In this document: positions 11,187-21,819 of the stretch, one piece after another | Layout of the letters: the number at the start of each line of letters is the position of its first letter | How positions within the stretch are numbered: the stretch's first letter is position 1 | Source of the DNA: Spirochaetia bacterium | Lineage (GTDB): Bacteria > Spirochaetota > Spirochaetia > DSM-2461 | DNA: 64,000 nt | Assembly (NCBI GenBank): GCA_963666985.2 | Contig: CAXXIA010000002.1 | Span: 1,728,001-1,792,000, forward strand | Reading direction: 5' to 3' | The notes under the pieces: generated by a model | Databases searched by the model: none | What the model saw: only the letters and a program-made list of their open reading frames with translations | Told to the model about the DNA's origin: nothing | Program-made: the position numbers and the translations under genes

Positions 11187-11735
11187 ATGACGGATTTGGA
11201 ACGAACATATAGGGAAGAATCTCCCCGACTGCTCAATTGGATTAAGAGCCGTCTGGATTCCGATGAGGATCCGGAGGATCTGATGCATGAGGTGTTCGCG
11301 AGGGCGGCCGGTGCCATGGAAGCCGCGAAGCCGATAGAGAATTTGGTTTCTTGGCTTTACACGGCATCCCGAAACGCCATTGTGGATACATGGCGGCAGC
11401 GGGATCGCCGGCCGATTGCGGCCGAGACGGAAGATTTGGACGCGACGGTTGAACATCTTCTTTCGGAATCCGTTCTACCCGGTCCCGAGGAGTCTTTTTA
11501 TCGGAGCATGGCATTGGAAGCCTTGGAAGACGCCATAGAGGATCTTCCCGAGAAACAGCGGGAGGTTTTTCTTCTTCAGGCGGTGGACGGTTATTCCTTT
11601 CGGGAAGTTGCCGATTTTCTGGACATTTCCCTGAATACGGCGATGTCGCGGAAACGATACGCCGTGGCCAAGCTTCGGGAACGCCTCGCGGACTTTAAAG
11701 ATGTGACGCAAGGAGGAAAAGACGATGCGCACTAA
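11187..11735 (+). CDS. ECF RNA polymerase sigma factor
   Basis: EDLMHEVF..SWLYTASRN; LPEKQREVF..SFREVA..NTAMSRKRYA. Confidence 0.92.
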   Translation: MTDLERTYREESPRLLNWIKSRLDSDEDPEDLMHEVFARAAGAMEAAKPIENLVSWLYTASRNAIVDTWRQRDRRPIAAETEDLDATVEHLLSESVLPGPEESFYRSMALEALEDAIEDLPEKQREVFLLQAVDGYSFREVADFLDISLNTAMSRKRYAVAKLRERLADFKDVTQGGKDDAH

Positions 11736-12159
11736 ATTCAGTCGTGTACCCTGGCCCTTCAAGATGATGGGGGCGTTGATTCTGGTTCCCGGAATGCTGC
11801 TGCTGATTACCTGGGCGGCCTGGATGCTTTGGAACGCCTTAATGCCGGTGCATTTCGGCTTAACGGCGCTGACCTACTGGCAGATGATGGGTTTGCTTGT
11901 TTTGGTCAAGCTGATTTTCAGCGGACCCGGAATGCACGGTTTTCCGCATGCGCCGGTTCGGCCCAAACCGTGGTTCAAGGATCGGAACGCCTGGAGACGG
12001 CATATGAATGATCGGTTCGGTTCCGATGAGCACGGTTTTCACCGCGGACCCTACGGCCGTCCGGATCGGTACGGCCGATATAACGGACGGCGGGAAGACG
12101 GTGTACCGGGAAACGGCCCCGATTTCAGCGGAAACACGGGGGAGGAACGGAAAGATTAA
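11725..12159 (+). CDS. Small membrane protein coupled to the ECF sigma gene
   Basis: Overlaps the sigma stop; LWNALMP..FGL..LTYWQ motif. Confidence 0.65.
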   Translation: MRTKFSRVPWPFKMMGALILVPGMLLLITWAAWMLWNALMPVHFGLTALTYWQMMGLLVLVKLIFSGPGMHGFPHAPVRPKPWFKDRNAWRRHMNDRFGSDEHGFHRGPYGRPDRYGRYNGRREDGVPGNGPDFSGNTGEERKD

Positions 12160-12316
12160 GGAGCCTTTCGGTACTGTGCGGCCATTCCAAAATTCATGAA
12201 ATCGCCGCATGCTTCTAAAGAACGCATCGGCGGTGTACCGGGAAACCGGAGCGCCGCCGTTTTTTTGCGAAGGGACTCCGCAGAACGTCACTTGAATGCG
12301 AATTAAAACTTGTTGG

Positions 12317-13168
12317 TCATTGGGGATACCACAATGTATCAATTGTGCCTTCGGTCAGATCGTAAACAACAACACGATTTTTATTTTCCGTTAGGTTTTG
12401 CTCTCGGCGACGTTCGTTTTCCGCTTCAACCAGTTCGGCATTATAAGCGGCAACTTGATTATATTCCTCTTGCCAAGAGGCATTATTTTCTCTGTTTTTA
12501 TCAATATTTTGTTGTATTCGAATAGTTTTTTTATGTGAAGTACTATCGCCGATCATCCCGATAAGAAATCCCAACCCGGCTCCACCGCCGACCCAATACC
12601 AGAGGTTGTTGGAAAACAGTTCATCGGAAGTTGAATCTGAAGCTGACGTTAACAGCATATCGGCGCATCCTCCCAGTAATCCTCCCATGAGTGCGTAAAG
12701 AAATCCCGTATTCCATCCCGGACTCATTGATGTTGTCACCTTAGATTCCGGGAGCATTTCCGGCTTGGAAGGAGGTGTTTTATATCCGGGTAGAGTTGAA
12801 GGATCTACAAGTGATGTAAGCACTGTGTAGTGTTGTACCAGGTAAACATGGTTCGATTTAATAGGATATCTGAATGAGATCCCAGGAAATCCAGTTTGAA
12901 TATAGTAGATGCTGTCCCCGTGAAACAGTTCCATTTTTTCAAAGTCATTGTTATCAACTCTTTGAACGACAAAACTGTTGTTTTCGGATATTTCCATAGA
13001 TGATTCTTCCAGAACCTGTGAGAATAAACGTTTTGTGTCTTTAATACGGCTATCCATCTGGTTTACATAAAAGGTGATTTCTTCCGGTAAATTCTGTGAA
13101 AAAAGAGAGCCGGTTACAGAAAAAAGGAAGGCCGAGAACAGTATGGCAATATTGGAATAATTAACCAT
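12317..13168 (-). CDS. Hypothetical exported/membrane protein
   Basis: 283-aa AT-rich ORF; signal peptide, two Gly-rich hydrophobic segments, coiled-coil tail. Confidence 0.65.
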   Translation of the reverse strand: MVNYSNIAILFSAFLFSVTGSLFSQNLPEEITFYVNQMDSRIKDTKRLFSQVLEESSMEISENNSFVVQRVDNNDFEKMELFHGDSIYYIQTGFPGISFRYPIKSNHVYLVQHYTVLTSLVDPSTLPGYKTPPSKPEMLPESKVTTSMSPGWNTGFLYALMGGLLGGCADMLLTSASDSTSDELFSNNLWYWVGGGAGLGFLIGMIGDSTSHKKTIRIQQNIDKNRENNASWQEEYNQVAAYNAELVEAENERRREQNLTENKNRVVVYDLTEGTIDTLWYPQ

Positions 13169-13271
13169 AGTAACACCTTATGTATTGCGGGAGTGTACAA
13201 TGAGCCATTATTATTAAACAGAATAATCAAAAAGTCATCATTGTTCAACATTAACTTTTAAGGTAGAAATC

Positions 13272-16200
13272 ATGATCCGGAAGCTGTCGAGATATTTAAT
13301 GTTGCTCGTCATAATCAGTGGAGCTATTTCCTGCTCTTCAACAGGAAGCGGAACGGTAAAAGAGAGTGTCATTTTCTTCGAAGAAGATGGGGAACAGGGT
13401 GGCGGTAGCTTCCTGCTGATTCCCAGGGAATTGAATAATGCCCTGAAAAAAGGCGATGTCGATAAGGCAACAGCACTTATTCGGGCAATGAAAACACTGG
13501 ATATTGTTGACGAAACCGGTTCATCTCCCCTGCATATAGCTGTTCTGAATAAGCAATATGCAATGACCGAGCGTCTGCTTCAGCTTAAATTCGATCCGAA
13601 TCAAGAGGAGACAAGCGGGTTCACGCCGCTTCATTGGGCTGCATACATGGGCAGTAAAGACCTTATTGATTTGTTGATTAGTTCCGGAGCGTCTGTTAAT
13701 TCTCATAACTGCAGAGGTATTACGCCATTGCATCTGGCCATGAATTTTGATCATTCTCAGGCAGCGGAAGCCTTAATTTATCATGGCGCCGATCTACTTA
13801 GTCGGCAAGATGATGGTTTGCGTCCGATCGATTTGCCGAGCGAAACCGCACAAAAGTATCAACGAACCCTAACATCGTTAAAGGGAGAGATAAGAGAGGA
13901 CTCGGCTCTTCTGAAAATGAGATTCCATGATGACAAACTTTTGGAATATTATGAGCAATTCGGACCTACTGTGGCTCAAGCCTATTATCAAAAAGGGCTT
14001 GAGGCTTTTATTACCGGTGAGCCTGCTTTGCCGCCGACGGTAGATTCGACAATTGTCATACCGGGTACCTTTCATTATACGGAAACTCCGTATTTCGATA
14101 TCACAATAAATAGTATCGGTAAGGGGCCTGTTTTTGGTCTGCGTGCTGATGTAACCGTTCAATCGGCACACCTTGGTCAATATCTTCGAAAAAAATATCC
14201 CGTCTATTTCGGTATGATGGAGCCGGGGGAAAAGATAACCCGGCGTGTTGTGTTGGATATACCTGGATTTTCCGGTATCGGAGAAAATCTGGATATTGAT
14301 ATTCATTATTTGGAAAACCATGATAACGTCCCGCGAGATGAGCAGGGTCAGATAACGATTAACGATGTGGATAATCGGAGTGTTTTGCAGTATCCGGATT
14401 TGTTTTCAAGAGAAGATCTCAGAAAGCTTGTTAAAGCGGAAAAGGTGAATCGAACAGCCGTTGATCGGCTTATTCATTTCGGCCTGAAAGATTTTGCCAT
14501 AAACGACATTATTTTTTTCTGCAGCAAAAAGGCAATTTCCCAGGATATCTTAGAGAGAATTCTCACCGATGAACTTATCCCGTATTCCAACAGTGATTTG
14601 ATAGCCATTGCGGAAGAAGGATATTTAGACAAGACGATTGCCGAAGCTTTTTTTCTTTCAGGCCGTACGTTTACTCCGGAAGAAATGCAGACAATGATGA
14701 ATCTTAATGTTTTCTCAAAACCCCGAATCGGTTACGCATATATAATTGAAGATGATGATACCGACCGCTCCACCGGAAATGGCGATGGTAAAATCCAGAT
14801 ACAGGAAAGCGTTGAGTTCGTTCTTCTTCTAAAGAATGATTCGGTATTTCAACTGGATGATATTCATGTGGAAATCAGCTCAAAAGCAGGCACGCAAATT
14901 GCTCTTTATGATGAAGAAACGGTACTTCGGCGTTTCTCTCCATCCGAGCAGCTAAGTCTTTCGCCAATCATACAGGTAAAAACACGCTTCCAAGGTGATT
15001 CTTTTCCCATTAATGTTCGAGTTTATAATAAACAATTCAATGAGCTTTTAAATGAAGATATTGTTATTCCTGTTGGACAGTATGTTGAAAATCGCATTAT
15101 TACCATGTCTAAGAAAGTTGTTTCCAACCGCGCGCTGAATGTTTATAACGGTGCCGATGAAAATACTCCGGTTGTTGCAAGCCTTGAAGAGGGTGTTGTT
15201 TTTGAAACAGTAGGACAGCTTGATGATTTCTATAAGGTGAAGATTTTTGAACGATTCGGCTGGGTAAAGCTGAATGCACTTGATGATTATCAGGAAGGTC
15301 ACAGTGAATTCACGCTTGTAAGCAACATTGATGAATCCCAGCGTGTTTTTGAAAAAGTTAAACCGGAAGTTGTAATAATTACTCCAAGCAATAATGATGA
15401 GATTGATCATAATCGTGTTGAACTCACATTGGCGGCTCTTGACAGTGCAAGAGGCATAGAATGGATTTCCGTTTCGATCAATGGCGATCCTCTTCCGGGA
15501 AGCGGCGAGAGGGGTTTAAGAATTCTTGGATCGGCAGGCCGTGTTGAAAAAACCTATGAAATTCCACTTCGTAAAGGGAATAATGAAATCCGTGTCGTTG
15601 CCTGGAATAAAGCAAATGTCCCCTCGGAAGAACAGGTTATCAATATTTTTTCCACCGGAATAAGGAATCCTCCAAGATTATTTGTTCTCTCGGTTGGAGT
15701 CAGTGAATATCAGAATTCTGAATATAATCTTTCATACGCCGCGGCCGATGCCGAATACATTGCGAATGTTTTTTCTGGGCAGGAAGGTAAATTGTATGAG
15801 TCGGTTGAAACCGTTCTGCTGACCAACGAAAAGGCTACAAGAACGAATGTCATGAAACAAATGCAGGAATTTGTATATCAGTCACGTCCTCAGGATGTCG
15901 TGATGATTTTTTTAGCGGGGCATGGGGTTACAAGGGAGCGATACTACTTCCTTCCTCATGACGCTGATTTTAGCCAACCCGGAGTAAACGGTATTGCTGA
16001 CGATGAACTGAAACACGAACTAATGTACAACATTGATGCGAAAAAATCCCTTGTTATGCTTGATACATGCCAAAGTGGTTTTTTAAAAGGTCGACGCGGA
16101 ACCGGACCGGATATGGATGCTGTGATAGAAAAACTTGCCGAGCAGGAAGGCGTGGTATTTATAAGTGCCTCGAAAAGCACGGAAGCGGCCCTGGAAGACG

Positions 16201-16409
16201 ACCGATGGGGGCATGGAGCTTTCACCAAGGCGGTTCAAGAAGCCTTGGACGAAGGCCTAGCCGAAGATAAGAATCACAATGGAGCCATCGATATAAACGA
16301 ACTGTTGGATTATGTTACCGCACGTGTTCTTGATCTAACCAAAGGGCAGCAGAAACCCAATATGAGCGGCACCGGAATTGAATTTTTTCCTATCTTCAGT
16401 TTGGAATAA
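13272..16409 (+). CDS. Lipoprotein with ankyrin repeats and a C-terminal caspase-like (peptidase C14) domain
   Basis: Signal peptide ending AISC; ankyrin motifs SPLHIA, TPLHWA, TPLHLA; SH3-like segment (..FGWV); caspase dyad FLAGHG and LDTCQSG. Confidence 0.85.
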   Translation: MIRKLSRYLMLLVIISGAISCSSTGSGTVKESVIFFEEDGEQGGGSFLLIPRELNNALKKGDVDKATALIRAMKTLDIVDETGSSPLHIAVLNKQYAMTERLLQLKFDPNQEETSGFTPLHWAAYMGSKDLIDLLISSGASVNSHNCRGITPLHLAMNFDHSQAAEALIYHGADLLSRQDDGLRPIDLPSETAQKYQRTLTSLKGEIREDSALLKMRFHDDKLLEYYEQFGPTVAQAYYQKGLEAFITGEPALPPTVDSTIVIPGTFHYTETPYFDITINSIGKGPVFGLRADVTVQSAHLGQYLRKKYPVYFGMMEPGEKITRRVVLDIPGFSGIGENLDIDIHYLENHDNVPRDEQGQITINDVDNRSVLQYPDLFSREDLRKLVKAEKVNRTAVDRLIHFGLKDFAINDIIFFCSKKAISQDILERILTDELIPYSNSDLIAIAEEGYLDKTIAEAFFLSGRTFTPEEMQTMMNLNVFSKPRIGYAYIIEDDDTDRSTGNGDGKIQIQESVEFVLLLKNDSVFQLDDIHVEISSKAGTQIALYDEETVLRRFSPSEQLSLSPIIQVKTRFQGDSFPINVRVYNKQFNELLNEDIVIPVGQYVENRIITMSKKVVSNRALNVYNGADENTPVVASLEEGVVFETVGQLDDFYKVKIFERFGWVKLNALDDYQEGHSEFTLVSNIDESQRVFEKVKPEVVIITPSNNDEIDHNRVELTLAALDSARGIEWISVSINGDPLPGSGERGLRILGSAGRVEKTYEIPLRKGNNEIRVVAWNKANVPSEEQVINIFSTGIRNPPRLFVLSVGVSEYQNSEYNLSYAAADAEYIANVFSGQEGKLYESVETVLLTNEKATRTNVMKQMQEFVYQSRPQDVVMIFLAGHGVTRERYYFLPHDADFSQPGVNGIADDELKHELMYNIDAKKSLVMLDTCQSGFLKGRRGTGPDMDAVIEKLAEQEGVVFISASKSTEAALEDDRWGHGAFTKAVQEALDEGLAEDKNHNGAIDINELLDYVTARVLDLTKGQQKPNMSGTGIEFFPIFSLE

Positions 16410-16750
16410 TGAGAAGAGCATGCAGAGGATTCTTCAAGGAAACAGGTGCTTTTTTAATTAGAAACGGTTGTCCGATTCGCGGATATTAAAAAATATATTA
16501 TTGATTTCTTGTATGAAAAGAAAGGGCTGTATTCGGAGTGCGTTTCTACGGATATAGGCAGGGTTTCTTTCATCTATGATGAATGGAATAATCTGATCTA
16601 TTGAAGCAATAATATGTCTTTTTAGAATCCGCCGAAAAGCCGATTCAAACGCAATGATGGAAGCGGCGATTTCGAGTCGCGCCGACCGGCGTCGGAAAGA
16701 GGCCGCCAATGAAGTTTTTCGATCGATTTCAGAACGTATCTCGGGGCGGT

Positions 16751-18178
16751 TTAAACGCCGGAGGCCGCGTGCTCTCCGGCAATTCGCCCGGAGTTGACGG
16801 CGAACCCGAACCCGTGTCCGCTCATGCCGACATTATAAACATCCGCGTCGGCTCCGCCGAAATCGACTCCCGCAACGTATAAATTTTCCAGGGGTTCGAA
16901 ACGGGGGCTGAGAGCTTGAAAGTTCCGATTAACTCTGATGCCGCCATGGGTAATGAGCATGTCGGTTCCGGCTTTTATTGCGTAATAGGGCGGATCGGTC
17001 AGGGCCTGCAGAGAATCCGGTTTCTTCGCGTACTGTTCGTCTCTGTTGGAACGGCAGCCGTGATTATAGGCGGAAACGGTCTTTTTCAGGCTCTCGGCCG
17101 GGCAGCCGATAAAAAGCGCGATTTCATCAAGCGAATCCGTTTTACATAAAACACCGTCTTTACGGGCTTTTCGAATGGTGTCTTCCAATTCCGATTCCGA
17201 GTTTTCGGGCAGATGAATCAGTTCGATTATGTCCCGGCCCTGATTCAGCGTTCGATTTTTCATCGATTCATCGAAGAGAACCCACATTTCGGAGCCGGGC
17301 TGACGGAGAGCGGCATTTGCCGCGTGAGAGAAATTGTAAACGATTCCTTCATCGGCGAAGCGGTTTCCTTTTTGATTAATCCAGATATTCCAGGGCTTTC
17401 CCAGGAGAAGATTCAAGGGACCATGTCCCTTGATTTTAGGGGCCGCCATTTCCATGGCGAAATTTCCTTCAATATCCGCCCCCGCTTTGAGGGCCATGAT
17501 CAGACCGTCCCCTTTGTGGCGCATGCCGGGGCCCTCGCCGACGGCTTCCGGATTGAAATGAGGATAAAACTTTCGGATGAGTTCGGAATTTCCCGCGAAA
17601 CCGCCGGTGCAGAGAATCGTTTTGCCGGCTCGAACGGTTACGGATTCGCCGGTGCCGCTTTCTGCGTAAGCCCCGGCAATTTCACCATGTGATTCGATGA
17701 TGAGTTTTTTTCCTTGGGTGTGTTTCAGTATAACGGCGTCGGCGGAGAGCACCGCCGATTCAAGGGATTCGATAACCGCTTTCCCGACGTTTTTATGCGT
17801 ATCCGTTATGTGAAACACCGCCGGATTTTGTCCCGGAATATGCCGAACCACGTCCTTAAACTCCACGCCTTTTTTTTCGAGCCAGTCAATGGTATTTCCG
17901 CTTGTGTTGATAAGGGTTCTGACGATGTCGGGATCGATTTTCCAGTGGGAATGTTCCATGCATGTGTGAAACATCCGGTCTTTATCTATATCGATTAATA
18001 ATCGGCGCTGTAGACGGCTTCCGGCCGCGAAGATTCCTCTTGGAAAAAGACCGTTGCCCCCAACGGCTCTTTTGGCTTCAAGGACAAGGACTTTCGCGTT
18101 TTTCTCCGATGCCGCCGCCGCAGCGGCCATCCCCGAAGCTCCGCCGCCGATGATGAGCACATCTGTTCTATATTCCAT
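16751..18178 (-). CDS. FAD-binding oxidoreductase (fumarate reductase/flavocytochrome c flavoprotein family)
   Basis: DVLIIGGGASG, CTGGF, THGGIRVN, NLYVAG, AVNSGRIAG. Confidence 0.88.
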   Translation of the reverse strand: MEYRTDVLIIGGGASGMAAAAAASEKNAKVLVLEAKRAVGGNGLFPRGIFAAGSRLQRRLLIDIDKDRMFHTCMEHSHWKIDPDIVRTLINTSGNTIDWLEKKGVEFKDVVRHIPGQNPAVFHITDTHKNVGKAVIESLESAVLSADAVILKHTQGKKLIIESHGEIAGAYAESGTGESVTVRAGKTILCTGGFAGNSELIRKFYPHFNPEAVGEGPGMRHKGDGLIMALKAGADIEGNFAMEMAAPKIKGHGPLNLLLGKPWNIWINQKGNRFADEGIVYNFSHAANAALRQPGSEMWVLFDESMKNRTLNQGRDIIELIHLPENSESELEDTIRKARKDGVLCKTDSLDEIALFIGCPAESLKKTVSAYNHGCRSNRDEQYAKKPDSLQALTDPPYYAIKAGTDMLITHGGIRVNRNFQALSPRFEPLENLYVAGVDFGGADADVYNVGMSGHGFGFAVNSGRIAGEHAASGV

Positions 18179-18223
18179 TGAAATTTCTCCCGAGAAACGC
18201 GATGCCGCTATACCGCACGGCCG

Positions 18224-18880
18224 TTATGCCGCGGTCAGACCGCGCTTCGCGTCCGTGGTTTCGGCTTCGGAAAGATGGGAAACATCGCCCCAAAGCTGAA
18301 GAGACCAGAGACCGTCCGACCAGATGAACTTGTTCAGCGCGGCATTGTACAGGCTGTAATGACGCGGGTTTTCCTGAGGAATACCCAAGGTTTCCCGAAA
18401 AAGGCTGTCCACAACACCACCGTGCGTTACGACAAGGACATTGCCGCCGCGATGCTTTTCCGCGATTTCGGTCAATACGGCCACGGATCGTTCGTGCCGC
18501 TGCCGGCGGCTTTCCCCGCCCCGCGGAATATAGTCGGCATTTCCGGATTTCAAGCTTTCAAAATAACCCGGATCGCGCTCCAGCGCTTCGGGAAGCGCAC
18601 AGCCTTGAATAAGGCCGTAATGCTGCTCCCGCAAACGTTTATCGGTGAAAAACCGACATCTGAGCCGATCGGCGATTATCGACGCGGTCTTTACGGCGCG
18701 GCCCAAATCGCTGGAATAGAAGGCGTCGAAATTCTCATTTGCCAGAACCTTTGCCGCGGCCCGCGCCTGGGCCAAACCCCGCTCGGTAAGGGGACTGTCG
18801 AAATGACCCTGATAACGGCCGAGGCCGTTCCATTCGGTTTCTCCGTGGCGGATTATGGTTACGGTGGTGTTCGGTTTCAT
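18224..18880 (-). CDS. Histidine phosphatase (phosphoglycerate mutase family)
   Basis: RHGETEWN, SSDLGRA, VVTHGG. Confidence 0.92.
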   Translation of the reverse strand: MKPNTTVTIIRHGETEWNGLGRYQGHFDSPLTERGLAQARAAAKVLANENFDAFYSSDLGRAVKTASIIADRLRCRFFTDKRLREQHYGLIQGCALPEALERDPGYFESLKSGNADYIPRGGESRRQRHERSVAVLTEIAEKHRGGNVLVVTHGGVVDSLFRETLGIPQENPRHYSLYNAALNKFIWSDGLWSLQLWGDVSHLSEAETTDAKRGLTAA

Positions 18881-18964
18881 AAGTATCCTTCGCCTGATCC
18901 TACACAGACGAAGGAATTGAGTCGAGATTCTTCATACGGATTACATTCAACACACAGTTGAACC

Positions 18965-20029
18965 TCACCAGGTTTCCCTGCCCTTCTTGATGTCGCGGGC
19001 GAATTTGGAGATGTTGATCCATTTCTTTTCGTATTCGGAACGGGCCCGTTCATCCCGCTGTGTTTCCAGCCACGCCAGTTCCCGGCGGAGCTCCAGCCAG
19101 GCGTCGAAACGCTCCGGTTCTATAAAACCCGCTTCCAAATCTTCCCGAACGGCGCATCCCGGTTCATTTCCGTGAGTGCAGTCGCGGAAGCGGCAGCGTT
19201 CGGCCGCCGCTTCAATTTCCGGAAACGCCGCGTCGATCGAACCGGCCTCGCCCCAAAGCTGAAGTTCCCTGAGACCGGGTGTATCAAGAAGAAGCCGTCC
19301 GTCCTTAAGCCTGTGGAGTTCCCGGCTGACGGTGGTATGGCGTCCGCGGCCGTCGCCTTCGCGGATCGACCCGATGTCCGCAAGATTGCATCCCGCCAGA
19401 ATATTCAGAAGCGAAGACTTTCCGGCGCCGGAGGGTCCGACGAAGGCGCCCGTTTTTCCCGGAGGCAGCATCTTCGTTAAATCGGAGAGACCTTCCCCGG
19501 TAACGGTGCTGCAGAGCACGATATCCATGCCGGGAGCCGCGGCCCGGGCGTCCAAAAAAGCCGCTTCCGGATTTTCCGCAAGGTCGCACTTATTCAAAAC
19601 AACCACGGGACGGCAGCACGACTCCCAGGCCATGGCAGCGTAACGCTCCAGGCCCCGGATCGTGAAGCCGCGGCCGGCTCCCAGAGCCTGAACCACGAAA
19701 AGAACATCGATGTTCGCCGCGAGGATTTGCTGTTCCGCGGCGTTCCCGGCGGTTTTGCGTGAAACAACGCCGCGCCGCGGCAGAACGGCACCGATGACGG
19801 TTGTACCGCCGCCGTCCCGCCAGGCGACCCAGTCGCCGGCCGCGGGCGCCTCTCCCCGTCCCAGGGCGCGCCCGGTCAGCCGTCCGTCCCGTTCATCACC
19901 GCCGCCGGAGACAAGACGGTAAATTCCTCTGCCCGGCCGGACGATGCGGCCCGGCTCCCATCCGTCGTTTTTATATTCTATAAAGGCCTTTTCCAGGCGT
20001 TCGTTCCATCCCCAGTCATAAAGGCTCAT
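18965..20029 (-). CDS. rsgA: Ribosome small subunit-dependent GTPase A
   Basis: NKCDL, GPSGAGKSS, GRHTT, DTPG, Zn motif CRFRDCTHGNEPGC; start reassigned to ATG 20029. Confidence 0.93.
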   Translation of the reverse strand: MSLYDWGWNERLEKAFIEYKNDGWEPGRIVRPGRGIYRLVSGGGDERDGRLTGRALGRGEAPAAGDWVAWRDGGGTTVIGAVLPRRGVVSRKTAGNAAEQQILAANIDVLFVVQALGAGRGFTIRGLERYAAMAWESCCRPVVVLNKCDLAENPEAAFLDARAAAPGMDIVLCSTVTGEGLSDLTKMLPPGKTGAFVGPSGAGKSSLLNILAGCNLADIGSIREGDGRGRHTTVSRELHRLKDGRLLLDTPGLRELQLWGEAGSIDAAFPEIEAAAERCRFRDCTHGNEPGCAVREDLEAGFIEPERFDAWLELRRELAWLETQRDERARSEYEKKWINISKFARDIKKGRETW

Positions 20030-20433
20030 AGCGATGCCTCCTCTTTCGCGAAAACCATTTTGGGAACCGGCGGGTTGGCCAGAGGCGCCGCCGCCAGAGC
20101 CAGAAGCGCCGCCAAATCGTCGTCCGGCGCGATTCGATTGATGCGGACGGCCGAACACCGTTCACATCGGTGGATAAGGTTCCATTCTCCATTGCGGGAC
20201 CAGACCGCTACGGGAGCCATGAGACTCCTGCAGGATGAAAGACGGTCTCCCGGAGTCCTGTCCAAATGTCTGCTCCAGAGGCAGTAGGGACAATGGTTGC
20301 GATGATGGGTTCCGCCCTCGGGAGACGAAACGGAACGGCCGCAGCGGCCGCAGACGAATGGATCTCCCGGGGAGTTGTGTCGTGAGTTGTTGTTCGGCAC
20401 CTGTGTATTGTGCCGCCTGTTTTTGCGGGACAT
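20026..20433 (-). CDS. RNHCP domain protein
   Basis: FVCGRCG..HRNHCPYCLWSRH..PGDR..HRCERC..NRIAPDD. Confidence 0.9.
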   Translation of the reverse strand: MSRKNRRHNTQVPNNNSRHNSPGDPFVCGRCGRSVSSPEGGTHHRNHCPYCLWSRHLDRTPGDRLSSCRSLMAPVAVWSRNGEWNLIHRCERCSAVRINRIAPDDDLAALLALAAAPLANPPVPKMVFAKEEASL

Positions 20434-20637
20434 GGTGTCCTCCGAGCATAAAGCTACCCCGCGGCCGACGGCCGGGGGCCGATTTGGGCGTAAAAAACCC
20501 TTCTCGGTCTTGAGGCGATTTGCTCAGGCGGGGCTCCCCGCGATGGTGTGGGAAAAGGACGGCGGCGCAAAGCGGCGGATGGATTTCTTTAAATCCGCCG
20601 GATTCCTGCCGTATCCTTATGTCCGTTACTCGCGGTA

Positions 20638-20667
20638 TTACCCCGCGGTCCGGGTATTCGTGATCAT
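20638..20667 (-). promoter_or_regulatory. Putative leader peptide MITNTRTAG upstream of RNHCP-rsgA
   Basis: GGAGG SD just before ATG; 9 codons then TAA, followed by GC hairpins and a T-run at about 20492-20497. Confidence 0.45.
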
Positions 20668-20928
20668 CCAACCTCCGTTGATCGGAACGGGGATAGAAAT
20701 AACATGGTCCGCCGGAGATGTCAACGGATCGGCAACGGTATGTTTATGATTCGCCGCCGATTGCCGGTTTCGGCCGCCTTTTTACCGGTCATACCGCCGG
20801 CCGCACCGATGCCGTATTGATGCTCCACCGTCAAAAAACGGTCGCATCTCGGCCGCGGACGGCGGATCTGTCATCGAGGCGATTTCGCGATGAGTCAACG
20901 ATCGGACCGCCGTGTCTCCGCCCGGCCA

Positions 20929-21621
20929 TTAGGAAAGAGCTCTTTTTACCGCCTCCGCCGCATGGAGCGCCATGGTGTTGAGAATGGGCAGCGGGCTTTC
21001 TTCTTGCGTAAGGAGAAGGGGAAGTTCCGTACAGCCGAGAACGACCGCTTCGGCGCCCTTTGCGGCCGCATCACGCACGGCGTTCGCAAGGAAAGCACGG
21101 CTTTCGGAGCGGAAATCGCCGATGCAGAGCTCCGAGAAAATAATATCATCGATTCGTTTTCGCGCATCATCGTCCGGAATAACGGCTTCGATTCCCGCCG
21201 CGCGCAGCCGGCCGGTATAAAAATCTTCTTCCATGGTGAATCGCGTTCCCAACAGGAGGACTTTGGAAAAGCCTCTGCGAAGGGCTTCTTCGGCCGCGCA
21301 GTCGCCGATGTGGATCAGCCGGGCCGGAGCGGCCGCTTCGGCGATCGGCGAGGCCAGTTTGTGCATGGTATTCGTTGCGATGATGAGAAGTTCGGCTCCG
21401 GCGGCGGCGATGCGCACGGCATGTTCGGTCAGCGTCCGTTCGATGAAATTCCAGTCGCCGCCGTTCATGGCCCGGGCCAGAGGATCGAAATCAACCGAAG
21501 CCATGATGATTTGGGCCGAATGCAGTCCGCCGATGCGTTCACGGACGGCTTCGTTGAGCAGTCTGTAGTATTCGCGGGTGGACTCCCAGCTCATGCCGCC
21601 GAGGATGCCGATGGTTTTCAT
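20929..21621 (-). CDS. Aspartate/glutamate racemase family protein
   Basis: MKTIGILGGMSWEST, ATNTMH, LGCTE; start reassigned to 21621. Confidence 0.93.
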   Translation of the reverse strand: MKTIGILGGMSWESTREYYRLLNEAVRERIGGLHSAQIIMASVDFDPLARAMNGGDWNFIERTLTEHAVRIAAAGAELLIIATNTMHKLASPIAEAAAPARLIHIGDCAAEEALRRGFSKVLLLGTRFTMEEDFYTGRLRAAGIEAVIPDDDARKRIDDIIFSELCIGDFRSESRAFLANAVRDAAAKGAEAVVLGCTELPLLLTQEESPLPILNTMALHAAEAVKRALS

Positions 21622-21819
21622 AGCCGGTATTGTAGGTGATTCGCGCCAAGCCCGATAGAGACCCTTTTTTCGTTGTTTTGTGCAACAGTTGAGACTCTTC
21701 ATGAACACCGGGGAATTTCGGGCCGTTTTCTTTCGTGAAGGCGGCGATTGAAGAGCATGAAAGTAAGGAAACGAGGAAACGGTCATGAAAAAAGAGAACT
21801 CATGGCATAGACTTTCCAC

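Noticed and set aside
12198..16673. 11-bp inverted repeat GAAATCGCCGC / GCGGCGATTTC flanking the caspase islet
   Set aside because: Too short to distinguish from chance; no transposase or target duplication.
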